From NCBI GenBank assembly GCA_902592345.1, contig CACJEE010000001.1, positions 46,038-110,037 of the forward strand: a stretch of 64,000 nt of DNA. Reading direction: 5' to 3'. The position numbers and the translations under genes are program-made. The DNA comes from an uncultured Alphaproteobacteria bacterium (GTDB lineage: Bacteria; Pseudomonadota; Alphaproteobacteria; HIMB59; GCA-002718135). Within the stretch, counting starts at the first letter, position 1. The number at the start of each line of letters is the position of its first letter. Below are positions 1 to 9,971 of the stretch, one piece after another. Under the pieces are notes generated by a model that was not told the origin of the DNA, made no database searches, and was given only the letters and a program-made list of their open reading frames with translations.

Positions 1-68
1 TTAGAATCTTCGGATTTTCTAGATTTGTATATAAACTCATATAATGGTAATTTATAAAAATAATTATC

Positions 69-1118
69 ATGATTGAAAAAAGACAAATTGGAAAGTTAGA
101 TCTTTATGTAACTGAAATTGGTATAGGAACTGCTCCATTAGGCGGATGGCCTATAGCTGTTGATGAACAAAAGGCGCTAGAAACTTTAGAAACCGCATGG
201 AATAATGGAATTAGATATTTTGATACTGCCCCACTATATGGTTCAGGTATGTCAGAACTGCGTGTTGGTAATTTTTTAAAAAATAAAAAAAGAGAAGATT
301 TTGTTTTATCATCTAAGGTTGGAAGAGTTATAGTAGATACTGACCAATCTAAAGCTGCTGAAAAATTTATTGGCTCCCCTAATGATAAAGATTCAAATTT
401 CGATTTTTCATATGATGGTGTTATGAAATCTTTTGAAGATAGTCTCAATAGATTACAATTAGATAAAATTGATATTTTACATCTTCATGATCCTGATAAT
501 CATCCTGATCATTTTGAACAGGCAAGATCTGGCGCTATTAAAGCAATGATAAAATTAAAGGAAGAGGGTATGGTTACTGCCCTAGGTTGTGGTTTAAATC
601 AAAACGAGATGTTAGTAGAGCTTGCTAAAGAAGGTTGTTTTGATTGTTTTTTACTAGCTGGCAGATATACATTACTCGATCAAACTAGTTTAGAAAAATT
701 AATGCCTGTATGTGAAAATAATGATATTTCTCTTATTTTAGGTGGAGTTTTTAATAGTGGAATTCTAATAAATCCTACACCAGAATCATATTTTGATTAT
801 ACTAAACTTGATTCTAGTTGGTTCGAAAATCTTACAAAAAGTCTTGTCAGAATACCAAAGGATCATGAAAGTCCAGAATTTTGGTTAAATAAAGCCAATA
901 CTATTAAAAATGCATGTGAAAGTTTTGATACAACTTTAAAAAAAGCGGCAATTCAATTTCCTTATTTCAATAGAACTGTTTCATCATGTATACTTGGAAT
1001 GAATAGCTCTAATCAAGTTATTGAAAATATAGATGACTACAATAAAAAACTTCCTTCTAGTTTTTGGCAATATTTAAAAGATAACAAACTAATCGATGAA
1101 CGTTCAAAGATAATATAA
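69..1118 (+). CDS. aldo/keto reductase family oxidoreductase (sugar/aldose dehydrogenase-like)
   Basis: 349-aa ORF starting at ATG 69. AKR-type motifs are present (GIGTAPLGG near the N-terminus, DTAPLYG, LHLHDP). Substrate cannot be read from the sequence. Confidence 0.8.
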   Translation: MIEKRQIGKLDLYVTEIGIGTAPLGGWPIAVDEQKALETLETAWNNGIRYFDTAPLYGSGMSELRVGNFLKNKKREDFVLSSKVGRVIVDTDQSKAAEKFIGSPNDKDSNFDFSYDGVMKSFEDSLNRLQLDKIDILHLHDPDNHPDHFEQARSGAIKAMIKLKEEGMVTALGCGLNQNEMLVELAKEGCFDCFLLAGRYTLLDQTSLEKLMPVCENNDISLILGGVFNSGILINPTPESYFDYTKLDSSWFENLTKSLVRIPKDHESPEFWLNKANTIKNACESFDTTLKKAAIQFPYFNRTVSSCILGMNSSNQVIENIDDYNKKLPSSFWQYLKDNKLIDERSKII

Positions 1119-1133
1119 TTTAAACATATTAAT

Positions 1134-2633
1134 TTACATTGTTGCACCAATTACCCATGGATTAAACTCGTCATCTCCGTATTCATTAATCTCACTTTTT
1201 GTTTTTTTACCTGATGCAACTTCAATTAATTCATTAAAAATATTAGTCCCTATCTCTTCAATAGAACTAATGCCATCCATAATAGTGCCAGCATTTATAT
1301 CCATATCTTCCTCTAAATTATTATACATATTTGTGTTAGTTGCAATTTTGAGGCTAGGTGAAGGTTTAAAACCAAAACAGGATCCTCTGCCAGTGGTAAA
1401 ACAAATTAAATTTGCTCCAGCTGCTACTTGTCCGGTTACTGAAACAGGATCATAGCCGGGTGAGTCCATAAAATGAAAACCTTTTTCAGATATTTTTTCA
1501 GCATAATCTAAAACACTTATCATTGTGGAATTGCCACTTTTTGCGACTGCTCCTAGCGACTTTTCAAGTATAGTTGTTAGACCTCCTTTTTTATTACCTG
1601 GGCTAGGATTATTGTCTAAGCTACCATTATTAATTTGTGTATAGTCTTTCCACCACTTTATTTGATTAACTAGTTTTGAAACATCTGATTCTTTTAAAGC
1701 TCTATCAATCAAAAGATGTTCAGCCCCATATATCTCTGGTGTTTCGGATAAGATTGTGCTGCCACCATATTCAACTAATAAATCTGCTGCAAAACCAAGC
1801 GCTGGGTTTGCTGTTATTCCTGAATATGCGTCAGAACCTCCACATTGTAAAGCTAATGTAAGCTCAGATAATTCAGATTTAGTTCTTTCTATAGAATTAA
1901 CATTAGGGAGTTCTTTAATTACTTTATTATAAACTTTATTAATAATTTGATTTGTTCCCCCTTCATCTTGAATATTTAGATATTCAATATCAAGATTTGT
2001 ATTTTTATTATTATACAAAGAGATTTGTGCACATTCACACCCAAGACCAACAACAAAAACTTTACCAAAATTTTGGTGAGATTTAAAACCTTCTATAGTT
2101 CTATTAAACACCTCCATTCCTTTTCCTGAAGTATTCATTCCACATCCAGAGGAATGTTTTAAACAAACTGCACCATCAATATTTTTAAAATTATTTTCTT
2201 TCAAATAAAAATTGATCTTATCAGCTATTTTTTTTACTACTGTAGCAGAACAATTAACAGTACTGATCAGTCCAATATAATTTCTTGTTCCAACGGCACC
2301 GTTTGATCTTTTAAAACCAAAAAAATATTTATCTTTTTTAATTTCTTTTTTTCTATCTTGTTTTTTAAATTTATAACTTCGCTCAAATTCGTGAAATATA
2401 ATATTGTGGGAATGCACATGTGATCCTTTTTTTATTTCATCAATTGCAATACCTATAATTTGACCATATTTATAAATTAATTCACCCTTCTTAATATTAT
2501 TAAGGCTTATCTTATGGCCAAATGGAATTTCATTTTCTGCATTTAAATCAGAGTTTATCTTAGAGCCCAATGGAATATTCATTGGTGCTACAGCAATGTT
2601 GTCTTTAGCATTTAATTTGATTATATTAAACAT
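1134..2633 (-). CDS. UxaA/GarD-family sugar-acid dehydratase (altronate/galactarate dehydratase-like)
   Basis: The ORF track gives 1134..2657. I prefer the internal Met at 2633 (MFNIIKLNAKDNIAVAP...), which is the usual SAF-domain start of this family. The C-terminal domain has conserved Cys/Gly blocks (GLGCECAQ, LQCGGSDAYSG). Confidence 0.75.
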   Translation of the reverse strand: MFNIIKLNAKDNIAVAPMNIPLGSKINSDLNAENEIPFGHKISLNNIKKGELIYKYGQIIGIAIDEIKKGSHVHSHNIIFHEFERSYKFKKQDRKKEIKKDKYFFGFKRSNGAVGTRNYIGLISTVNCSATVVKKIADKINFYLKENNFKNIDGAVCLKHSSGCGMNTSGKGMEVFNRTIEGFKSHQNFGKVFVVGLGCECAQISLYNNKNTNLDIEYLNIQDEGGTNQIINKVYNKVIKELPNVNSIERTKSELSELTLALQCGGSDAYSGITANPALGFAADLLVEYGGSTILSETPEIYGAEHLLIDRALKESDVSKLVNQIKWWKDYTQINNGSLDNNPSPGNKKGGLTTILEKSLGAVAKSGNSTMISVLDYAEKISEKGFHFMDSPGYDPVSVTGQVAAGANLICFTTGRGSCFGFKPSPSLKIATNTNMYNNLEEDMDINAGTIMDGISSIEEIGTNIFNELIEVASGKKTKSEINEYGDDEFNPWVIGATM

Positions 2634-2679
2634 TGTGATAATTATTAAATTAAACAATAATTAATACAATTATAATTTT

Positions 2680-3447
2680 ATGAATGAAATTGCAAATTAC
2701 CCTTCATTAAAAGATAAAGTAGTAATAATAACTGGAGGAGCATCTGGAATAGGGGAGTCAATTGTAGAAAATTTTCTGCAACAGGGTTCAAAAGTTGCTT
2801 TTTTAGATAAGGATGAAAAAAAAGGTAATAAATTAGTTAAAAAGTATATAAATTCTAAAAACGTACCTCTTTTTAAATTATGTGACTTAACTAATATTGA
2901 AAAATTAAAAAAGAGTATAACCGAAGTAAAAAAAAAATTAGGACTTATTTCAGTTTTAATTAATAATGCCGCAAATGATGAGAGACATTCATTTGAAAGT
3001 GTTACTGAAGAATTTTGGGATGACAGAATGAATGTTAATTTAAAGCATTATTTTTTTGCTATACAGTCAGTATATAAAGATATGAAAAAATTAGGTGATG
3101 GAAAGATAGTGAATATAGGAAGCTTTTCATGGATGATGGGTCAAGGAAACATGCCAGGATATACAACAGCGAAATCAGCGATAATGGGATTGACTAGAAC
3201 TATTGCAAGAGATCTAGGAGAATTTAATATAAGAGTAAATTGTGTTGTGCCAGGATGGATTATTACAGAGCGTCAAAAAAAACTTTGGTTAACTAATAAG
3301 ATTAAAAAAGAACAATTGGAAAGACAGTGTATTAAAAGAATGTTAGTTCCTAATGATATTGGCAAGATGGTATTGTTTTTTTCTTCTGATCAAAGCTCAG
3401 GTTGTACAGCACAAAATTATGTAGTTGATGGAGGAATAGTTCATTGA
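2680..3447 (+). CDS. short-chain dehydrogenase/reductase (SDR)
   Basis: 255 aa with the TGGASGIG cofactor motif, an NNAA motif and YTTAKSA (catalytic YxxxK). Divergent from the dehydratase gene. Confidence 0.85.
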   Translation: MNEIANYPSLKDKVVIITGGASGIGESIVENFLQQGSKVAFLDKDEKKGNKLVKKYINSKNVPLFKLCDLTNIEKLKKSITEVKKKLGLISVLINNAANDERHSFESVTEEFWDDRMNVNLKHYFFAIQSVYKDMKKLGDGKIVNIGSFSWMMGQGNMPGYTTAKSAIMGLTRTIARDLGEFNIRVNCVVPGWIITERQKKLWLTNKIKKEQLERQCIKRMLVPNDIGKMVLFFSSDQSSGCTAQNYVVDGGIVH

Positions 3448-3449
3448 TT

Positions 3450-4634
3450 ATGAAAAAAGAAAAAAATCCTTTTGGTGAATTAAATCTATTTAGAAATGAT
3501 CAACTAAATAAAAAAAAACTTAAAATAGGTTTTATTGGTGGTGGCCCTAATTCATTTATTGGATATGCTCATAGATTGGCGGCTAGGTTTGATAATAGAT
3601 ATCAAATTATGGCAGGCGTTTTCTCAAAAGATAAAAAAAAATCTGTAGAATTCGGCAAGTCTTTAGGTTTAGAAAAGCAAAGATGTTACAATGATTATAA
3701 AGAAATGGCTGCAAAAGAATCATCTAGAACTGATGGAGTTGAAGTGGTTGGTATAATGACTCCATCAGGAGATCACTATAAAATTGCAAAAGAATTCGCA
3801 AAGCATAAGATAAGCATTATTTGTGATAAACCTCTAACAGCTAGTTTAAATGAAGCAGATGCACTAAAGAAAATAGTAAAAAAAAATAAAATATTTTTTG
3901 CTATTACTCATAATTACTCAGCTTATCCCATGTTACGTGAAGCAAAAGATTTAGTTGATAATAATAAAATTGGAAAAATAAAATTAATAAATGTTGAATA
4001 TCCTCAAGGATATACAGTGGCCGTAAAGAAAAAAGATCAAAAAAATATTCTTAAATGGAGATTAGATAAAAATATGTGCGGACCCTCAATGATTTTAGCT
4101 GAAATTGGCACACATGCATATCATTTATTAAGATATGTTACTGGTTTAGAAGTAAAGGAAATTTCAGCTGAAGTAAGCTCTCTTTCAGATGAAATATCTG
4201 TTGATGATAATGCTTTTATGACACTGAGAATGAATAACAAAGCAAGAGGCTCAATCTGGGTTTCATCTGCAGCAACAGGTGGAGAAAATGGTTTAAAAAT
4301 TAGAGTTTATGGAACTAAAGGAGCTGTAGAGTGGTTTCAAGATGATCCAAATATTTTAAAGTTTACTGAACTCAATAATCCAACCAGAATAATTACTAGA
4401 GCCAGCAATTCTGTATCAAGTCTCTCTATGCAATCGTCTAGAGTAGCAGCTGGACATCCCGAAGGTTTTTTTGAAGCTTTTGCTAATATCTATACAGAAT
4501 TTGCAGACTTAATTACATCTTCAAAGAAAAATTTATCTTCAATTCCAAGTATTGAAGATGGTGTTAAAGGTGTAAAATTTATGTTTGCTGCAAAAGAGTC
4601 TTCAGACAAAAACTCAAAATGGATTAAATTGTAG
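3450..4634 (+). CDS. Gfo/Idh/MocA family oxidoreductase
   Basis: The ORF opens at TTG 3444, but ATG 3450 (MKKEKNPF...) lies just after the upstream TGA. N-terminal Rossmann segment KIGFIGGG and a CDKP motif typical of the family. Confidence 0.75.
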   Translation: MKKEKNPFGELNLFRNDQLNKKKLKIGFIGGGPNSFIGYAHRLAARFDNRYQIMAGVFSKDKKKSVEFGKSLGLEKQRCYNDYKEMAAKESSRTDGVEVVGIMTPSGDHYKIAKEFAKHKISIICDKPLTASLNEADALKKIVKKNKIFFAITHNYSAYPMLREAKDLVDNNKIGKIKLINVEYPQGYTVAVKKKDQKNILKWRLDKNMCGPSMILAEIGTHAYHLLRYVTGLEVKEISAEVSSLSDEISVDDNAFMTLRMNNKARGSIWVSSAATGGENGLKIRVYGTKGAVEWFQDDPNILKFTELNNPTRIITRASNSVSSLSMQSSRVAAGHPEGFFEAFANIYTEFADLITSSKKNLSSIPSIEDGVKGVKFMFAAKESSDKNSKWIKL

Positions 4635-4641
4635 AGATCAA

Positions 4642-5643
4642 ATGAGAATTAATTTTGGTATTTTAGGTGCAGGTCGTATTTCAAAAATACATTGTCATAA
4701 TATTTACAATAATCCAAAATCAAAAATTTTAAAAATTTACGATATAAATAATAAATTATCTGAAAGTTTAGCAAAAAAATATAAAACTTATGCCTGTAAG
4801 GAAGATCTTGAAATATTTAAAGATCCAAAAATTGATGCAATCGTTATTGGGAGTAGCACTCCAACTCATATTAAATATCTAGATTTAGCTAATAAATATA
4901 ATAAAGATGTTTATTGTGAAAAGCCTATTCATTTAAATTTGAAAACTGTTGATGCTTGTCTTAATAGACTATCAAATCATAAAAATAAAATTCAAATTGG
5001 TTTTCATAGACGTTTTGATCTTAGTCATATTGAATTAAAAAAAAGATTAACATCAAAAAAATATGAAGATATTGAGCAGATAAATATTTCTAGCAGAGAT
5101 TCAGGCCTACCTCCAATTTCTTATTTAAAAGTTTCTGGTGGAATTTTTAAAGATATGACAATTCATGATTTAGATATTTTACGATGGCTTCTTAATGATG
5201 AGATTGATGAAGTTTATGCTCAAGGAGCTGTCATGATTGACAGAAAAGTGAAAAAAGTCCCTGATTATGATACTGCCTCAATGATTTTAAAAAGTAAAAA
5301 AGGAATTTTATGTCAATTAAGTAATTCTAGAAGACAAACTGGAGGATTTGATCAAAGAATTGAGATTTATTGTAAAAAGGGTAATTTAAATTTAACCAAT
5401 ATTAAAAAAACAAGTGTTCAGGAAATTAATTCAAAAAGTGAGGTTTTTGATAACTATCCTCTTTCTTTTATTGAGAGATATAAGGAATCATATGTAAGAG
5501 CTATAGATTATTTTATAAATTGTATTATTAAAAATATAAAACCATATCCTGGATTATTAGATGGTAGGAATTCTCTAGCAATTGCTCAAGCTTTAACTGA
5601 GTCTGCAAAAAAATCAAAGCCCATAAAAGTAAATTTTATATGA
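4642..5643 (+). CDS. Gfo/Idh/MocA oxidoreductase, inositol 2-dehydrogenase (IolG/IdhA)-like
   Basis: The ORF track starts at 4585 and overlaps the upstream gene. The internal ATG 4642 gives MRINFGILGAGRISK, a canonical Rossmann start. CEKP and IQIGFHRRFD motifs are shared with the paralog at 15996. Confidence 0.75.
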   Translation: MRINFGILGAGRISKIHCHNIYNNPKSKILKIYDINNKLSESLAKKYKTYACKEDLEIFKDPKIDAIVIGSSTPTHIKYLDLANKYNKDVYCEKPIHLNLKTVDACLNRLSNHKNKIQIGFHRRFDLSHIELKKRLTSKKYEDIEQINISSRDSGLPPISYLKVSGGIFKDMTIHDLDILRWLLNDEIDEVYAQGAVMIDRKVKKVPDYDTASMILKSKKGILCQLSNSRRQTGGFDQRIEIYCKKGNLNLTNIKKTSVQEINSKSEVFDNYPLSFIERYKESYVRAIDYFINCIIKNIKPYPGLLDGRNSLAIAQALTESAKKSKPIKVNFI

Positions 5644-6527
5644 AAATTAATATTGCAAATGCTCCTTGTTCTTGGGGTGTGGATTATGCTGATGATATTA
5701 ATAATCCTGATTGGAAAAATGTTTTTAAGCAAATTGCTGAAGCTGGCTATAGTTATTGTGAAATAGGGCCATATGGTTTTTTACCAAAAGACTTTCAAGA
5801 AACTCAAAATTTCTTAAATGATTTTGATTTAAATGTAGTAGGTGGTTTTATTTTTGATTATTTGCATCAATCTAATAAACATTCAATAATTAAATCAAAA
5901 ATAATTTCTACATGCTCATTTCTAAAAAAACTAAATGCGAAAGTGTTTGTAATAATAGATCATATTTCTAAAGAAAGAATGAAAACATCAGGCAAAAGAG
6001 AAATATCAGCAGATCTTCCTAATGACGAATATAAAGCATTAGTAAGTTTTTTAAATGAAATTTGTAGAATTGTAAAAAAAGAATACAATTTAATTCCAGT
6101 GCTTCATCCTCATGCAGGTACTTATATTGAGTATGAAGATGAAATTGACAGATTGCTTAATGATATAAATAGTGATTCTTTGAGCTTGTGTTTAGATACT
6201 GCTCATTTAACATATAGTGGTATCGATCCGTATCGAGCTATCTTAAAATATAATTCACTTGTAAAACATATGCATTTTAAAGATATTAATTTAGATATTC
6301 TAAATAATGTTCATGATAAAAATATTGATTTTGATACTGCGGTATCAAATGGAGTTTTTTCTCCTTTAGGTAGTGGCATGATAGATTTTAAAAAAATATA
6401 CAAAAACTTGTATGAAATTAATTATGATGGATTTGCAACAATTGAGCAAGACATTGATCCAACACTTGGGCTTAGCGCAATTGAGTACGCAAAAAGAAGT
6501 TTAGAACATTTGAATCAGTTTCAATAA
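5640..6527 (+). CDS. xylose-isomerase-like TIM-barrel protein (sugar phosphate isomerase/epimerase; IolE/IolI-like)
   Basis: 295 aa. ATGA start/stop overlap with the upstream gene. Pattern of conserved His/Asp/Glu (VLHPHAGT, LDTAHL, TIEQD) typical of the AP-endonuclease-2/xylose isomerase-like fold. Confidence 0.7.
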   Translation: MKINIANAPCSWGVDYADDINNPDWKNVFKQIAEAGYSYCEIGPYGFLPKDFQETQNFLNDFDLNVVGGFIFDYLHQSNKHSIIKSKIISTCSFLKKLNAKVFVIIDHISKERMKTSGKREISADLPNDEYKALVSFLNEICRIVKKEYNLIPVLHPHAGTYIEYEDEIDRLLNDINSDSLSLCLDTAHLTYSGIDPYRAILKYNSLVKHMHFKDINLDILNNVHDKNIDFDTAVSNGVFSPLGSGMIDFKKIYKNLYEINYDGFATIEQDIDPTLGLSAIEYAKRSLEHLNQFQ

Positions 6528-6541
6528 TATAAATTAACTAT

Positions 6542-7774
6542 TTATCTATATTCTAATTCTTTAGCTAATTTAGTGTAATCTTTCTCCATTTGCTTTAAGA
6601 CTGATTTTGCTTTTCCACCATCAACTAAATATTCTTTTATTGAATTTCCTATACTTTCAGTTAACAAACTTACGTAAGGACTTACTGGATATTCAGGAAC
6701 GCCAGCATTTATATTTGCATTTAATCCAGAAGCGGCTGGATTACTTTCAAGTTCACTGTTGATCCATAATTCAAAATTAGAATTTGATGAAATATCATCA
6801 AAACTATACTTCATAGTATTCATAGCTGCTACAGCTTCAGATTCTACAACATATCTAGCTACTGTAAATCCCTTAAACCAAATCGTTGATGCAGGAGTGT
6901 TACCATCACTTAGACTCAATGCTGGATGAATTGAAGTATTATTAGATTTTAAATTATTGTATTGGGATGCCCAAAATATACCAATAGCTGAATTACCATC
7001 TGACCAACTCTTTTCTATTAAAGCAGTATCTGCTTCAAAGTGATCAGGGTTTAAATATGCCGAGACAGATTGCATCATTTCTAAAGTTTTGATTCCAGTT
7101 TTATTTCTAATGGCTATTTTTGGACTTTCAGGATCTTTAAATAATTCTCCACCTAAACTTAAATACAAATTCACAAACATAATTGCTAAATCTCTATTAC
7201 TATTAAACATTCCACTAATTGGATATTCTATGCCTGCGGATTTAAGTTCTTCAGCAATTAAAAGTAGATCTTCATAAGTACTTGGAACAGAATGGTTATT
7301 TGAACTTATAATATCATCATTAACATATATTTGTTTTGTGTTTTTAGAATAAGCAACTGCTATAGTATGTCTTCCTCCAAGTTTTAACATTTGATCCTCT
7401 GGAAAGGTAATATTATTTGACTGTAAATAGTAATCCATTGGAGCTGCTAAACCTTCATATTGAAGAATACCTATTGTGTCATTTTCTGAGACATATGCAG
7501 TGTATCTTGCTGGCGCTAATTTCATTTTTGTAACAAAATCAAAATATTCAATGTTTTCACTTTGAGATAAGTCGAAAATTATTTCATCTGTAGAACAATC
7601 TTTTGATTTTTCTAAAATTGCAGATTCAAATGAACCGTTTCTTGCAAATAATCTCACTGCACCATCCTTTTTTCTCTCTAAATCCTTTATTTGAGTAAGA
7701 TCACAGTTAGCAAAAACAGATAGATTAAAAATTAATCCAAATATTAGTGTAATATTTAAAATTTTAATGTTCAT
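6542..7774 (-). CDS. ABC transporter substrate-binding protein, family 1 (sugar-type), orphan
   Basis: 410 aa with an N-terminal signal peptide (MNIKILNITLIFGLIFNLSVFA|N) and GGAGG 5 nt upstream of the ATG. No adjacent permease or ATPase genes. Confidence 0.7.
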   Translation of the reverse strand: MNIKILNITLIFGLIFNLSVFANCDLTQIKDLERKKDGAVRLFARNGSFESAILEKSKDCSTDEIIFDLSQSENIEYFDFVTKMKLAPARYTAYVSENDTIGILQYEGLAAPMDYYLQSNNITFPEDQMLKLGGRHTIAVAYSKNTKQIYVNDDIISSNNHSVPSTYEDLLLIAEELKSAGIEYPISGMFNSNRDLAIMFVNLYLSLGGELFKDPESPKIAIRNKTGIKTLEMMQSVSAYLNPDHFEADTALIEKSWSDGNSAIGIFWASQYNNLKSNNTSIHPALSLSDGNTPASTIWFKGFTVARYVVESEAVAAMNTMKYSFDDISSNSNFELWINSELESNPAASGLNANINAGVPEYPVSPYVSLLTESIGNSIKEYLVDGGKAKSVLKQMEKDYTKLAKELEYR

Positions 7775-7815
7775 TATTCCTCCAGCAGAATCAAATTTAT
7801 AAATACCTTAATTTG

Positions 7816-7852
7816 CTTAAAAAGAAAAAAAAAGAAAAAAAATAAGAAAAAT
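7816..7852 (-). promoter_or_regulatory. CU-rich 5' leader tract upstream of the orphan SBP gene
   Basis: The minus strand reads ATTTTTCTTATTTTTTTTCTTTTTTTTTCTTTTTAAG, followed 32 nt later by GGAGG and the ATG. It shares the 13-mer ATTTTTCTTATTT and the ...CTTTTT..TTAAG ending with the amt leader at 41810..41837. Confidence 0.4.
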
Positions 7853-7908
7853 ACTATTTTTTATTAAATTTAATCCCTAAATTGAATGATTATTAATATT
7901 TAGAAAAT

Positions 7909-8898
7909 TTATAATTTTAGAGCAGGGTCGGTTAGTTCTATATCGTCCTCTAAACTTCTATCAGCAATTATGTTAATTTTAGATAAACTATCATGATAAT
8001 ATTTTACTGCTTCATCAGATTTTAAATCTCCATTAACAACTTTTTTCATTGTTTTGACCATTATATTTTGATCTTCACTTAAATTGATTTTTCTTCCAAA
8101 CAAAGCTACCCTAGCTCCATATTTATGCGCTTGAAAAATTAATTCAAAACAATCCCGACTTGTTCCTTGACTTCCACCTAGTATACCAACAATTAATCCT
8201 TGAGGATCATATGATGATAATTCCTCCATTGCCTTTGGCCCATTATATTGAATTTTTAAAAAAAGAGGTCTTTCACTGCTAAGCTGACCACTTAAAGTTT
8301 TTAATATACAATCATTAACATATTCACCCATTTCCTTAATAGATAATTTTATTACAGAAGAATTAAACACTTCTAAAAAATGTCTCATTTTAATTTCTTC
8401 AGCTTGAATTCTGAAATCTCTATACAGATTTAACATATTAACATCTCTATCTACATTTTTATTAAAAGTTATTGAGTATAATCCAAGGTCAACAAAATTG
8501 ATCGCATGTTTTAATTGTGCAGTTGCAAATGGTCGTGATTCTTCCTTATTGTATTCACCATTTCTTATCATGCCCCAAGTACATGTAGTATCATTTAATC
8601 TTACAGCAGGTGTAACTGAATTATTTTCAAATATTTTATTGGTTATTAATCTTTCAGCACTTGTCATTGACATAAGCATTATGTCGACTTCTTCAGATTT
8701 GGTCATGGACTCGATTTTATTTAAATAATTTTGATAACTAGCTGGATTTTCAGTTAAAGAGCCATCATTTTTTCTAATGTAACCTGGAGCTCTTATACCA
8801 GCTGCCATATCTGCATCTTTAGCATCAGCAATTATGAAATCAGTTGATTTATAATTTGAAGTATTAATATTTTTTAGCTTATTGTCTAATGATTTCAC
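7909..8898 (-). CDS. conserved hypothetical protein, possibly a class-I-aldolase-like TIM barrel
   Basis: 329-aa ORF. Weak resemblance to LacD/FbaB-type aldolases (FLKIQYNGP with a candidate Schiff-base Lys; GARVALFGRKI near the C-terminus). The family call is tentative. Confidence 0.35.
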   Translation of the reverse strand: MKSLDNKLKNINTSNYKSTDFIIADAKDADMAAGIRAPGYIRKNDGSLTENPASYQNYLNKIESMTKSEEVDIMLMSMTSAERLITNKIFENNSVTPAVRLNDTTCTWGMIRNGEYNKEESRPFATAQLKHAINFVDLGLYSITFNKNVDRDVNMLNLYRDFRIQAEEIKMRHFLEVFNSSVIKLSIKEMGEYVNDCILKTLSGQLSSERPLFLKIQYNGPKAMEELSSYDPQGLIVGILGGSQGTSRDCFELIFQAHKYGARVALFGRKINLSEDQNIMVKTMKKVVNGDLKSDEAVKYYHDSLSKINIIADRSLEDDIELTDPALKL

Positions 8899-8998
8899 TA
8901 AAAATGTTTTAAATTAATTATATTTTTTTGCAATTTTATAGTTGATTTAATTTCAATTTTAGTATGTTGTTTACATAATTTATTCAGGGAGGAATAAT

Positions 8999-9958
8999 AT
9001 GAAAATTAAATATTTATTAGTAGCTATAGCATTTGTGTTTGGATCTTTTTCTGCAAATGCTGTAAAAATACCTGTAATTGTTAAAGATAGTACTTCTCCA
9101 TTTTGGCAAATAGTTCTTGATGGCGGATGTACTGCAGGCGCAGAATTAGGTATTGAAGTTCCATTATTAGGACCAACTTCAGAAGCAGATATTGCTGGTC
9201 AAATAAACGTACTAGAGGATGCTGTTGCAGGAGGAGCTGATGCTATTGTTATAGCTGCAACTTCTTTTGAAGGTCTAGGTGCACCAATTGATGAAGCAGC
9301 TAAATCAGTGCCTGTAGTTGTTATCGACTCTATTGCAGATTCAAAAAATCACGCATCTTTCATGACTACAAATAATGTAGAAGGTGGAAGAATGGGTTGT
9401 CAACATATGGTTGATTTAATTGCTGAGAAACATGGCGCACCAGAAGGTGAAGTTGCCATCGTTAATTATGGAGCTGGACCAAGTTCACTTCGTGATAGAA
9501 TTCAAGGTTGTAATGAAGTTTTAGACAGTTATCCTGGCATTGAACTTGTTGCTACAAAAGTTGGTGATTTTACAACAACTAGACAGTTAAATGATTCACT
9601 TGACTTAATTACTACTTTCCCAAATCTTAGAGGTATCTTTGATGATGCATTATTTGGAGGTTTAGGAACAGGTCAAGCGCTTAAAGAAACTGGCAAAGCT
9701 GACGATATTATTGCTGTTACATTTGATAGTAGTGATGAATTAATCAACTACATCAATGATGGTACTTTAAAGGGTTTAATTATTCAAGATCCTTGGGGTA
9801 TGGGTAATATGGGCGTAAAAGCTGCATTTGATGCATCTCAAAATGGAAAAGTATTAGCACCTTTCGTTGATACGGGAGCTACTTTAGTTACAAAAGCTAA
9901 TATTAATGATGCTGCAATTGATGCTAAGTTAAATCCAAGTTTGGATTGTAAGCCGTAA
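8999..9958 (+). CDS. periplasmic monosaccharide-binding protein (RbsB/FrcB-like, CUT2 ABC system)
   Basis: 319 aa with a signal peptide (…GSFSANA|V) and a strong AGGGAGG SD. Type-I periplasmic-binding-fold pattern. Followed by permease and ATPase genes. Confidence 0.8.
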   Translation: MKIKYLLVAIAFVFGSFSANAVKIPVIVKDSTSPFWQIVLDGGCTAGAELGIEVPLLGPTSEADIAGQINVLEDAVAGGADAIVIAATSFEGLGAPIDEAAKSVPVVVIDSIADSKNHASFMTTNNVEGGRMGCQHMVDLIAEKHGAPEGEVAIVNYGAGPSSLRDRIQGCNEVLDSYPGIELVATKVGDFTTTRQLNDSLDLITTFPNLRGIFDDALFGGLGTGQALKETGKADDIIAVTFDSSDELINYINDGTLKGLIIQDPWGMGNMGVKAAFDASQNGKVLAPFVDTGATLVTKANINDAAIDAKLNPSLDCKP

Positions 9959-9971
9959 GTAATAATTATTT

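Noticed and set aside
104-448. 114-aa ORF antisense to the aldo/keto reductase gene
   Set aside because: It lies entirely inside a well-supported CDS on the other strand. It has no start context and its low-complexity composition is typical of antisense frames.
1270-1861. Two 61-aa plus-strand ORFs inside the UxaA-type dehydratase gene
   Set aside because: They are antisense to a conserved-domain CDS, so they are most likely chance ORFs.
4585-4641. Upstream extension of the IolG-like gene, overlapping the preceding gene by 50 nt
   Set aside because: The extension (MLQKSLQTKTQNGLNCRDQ) has no family features. The internal ATG 4642 gives the canonical Rossmann N-terminus.
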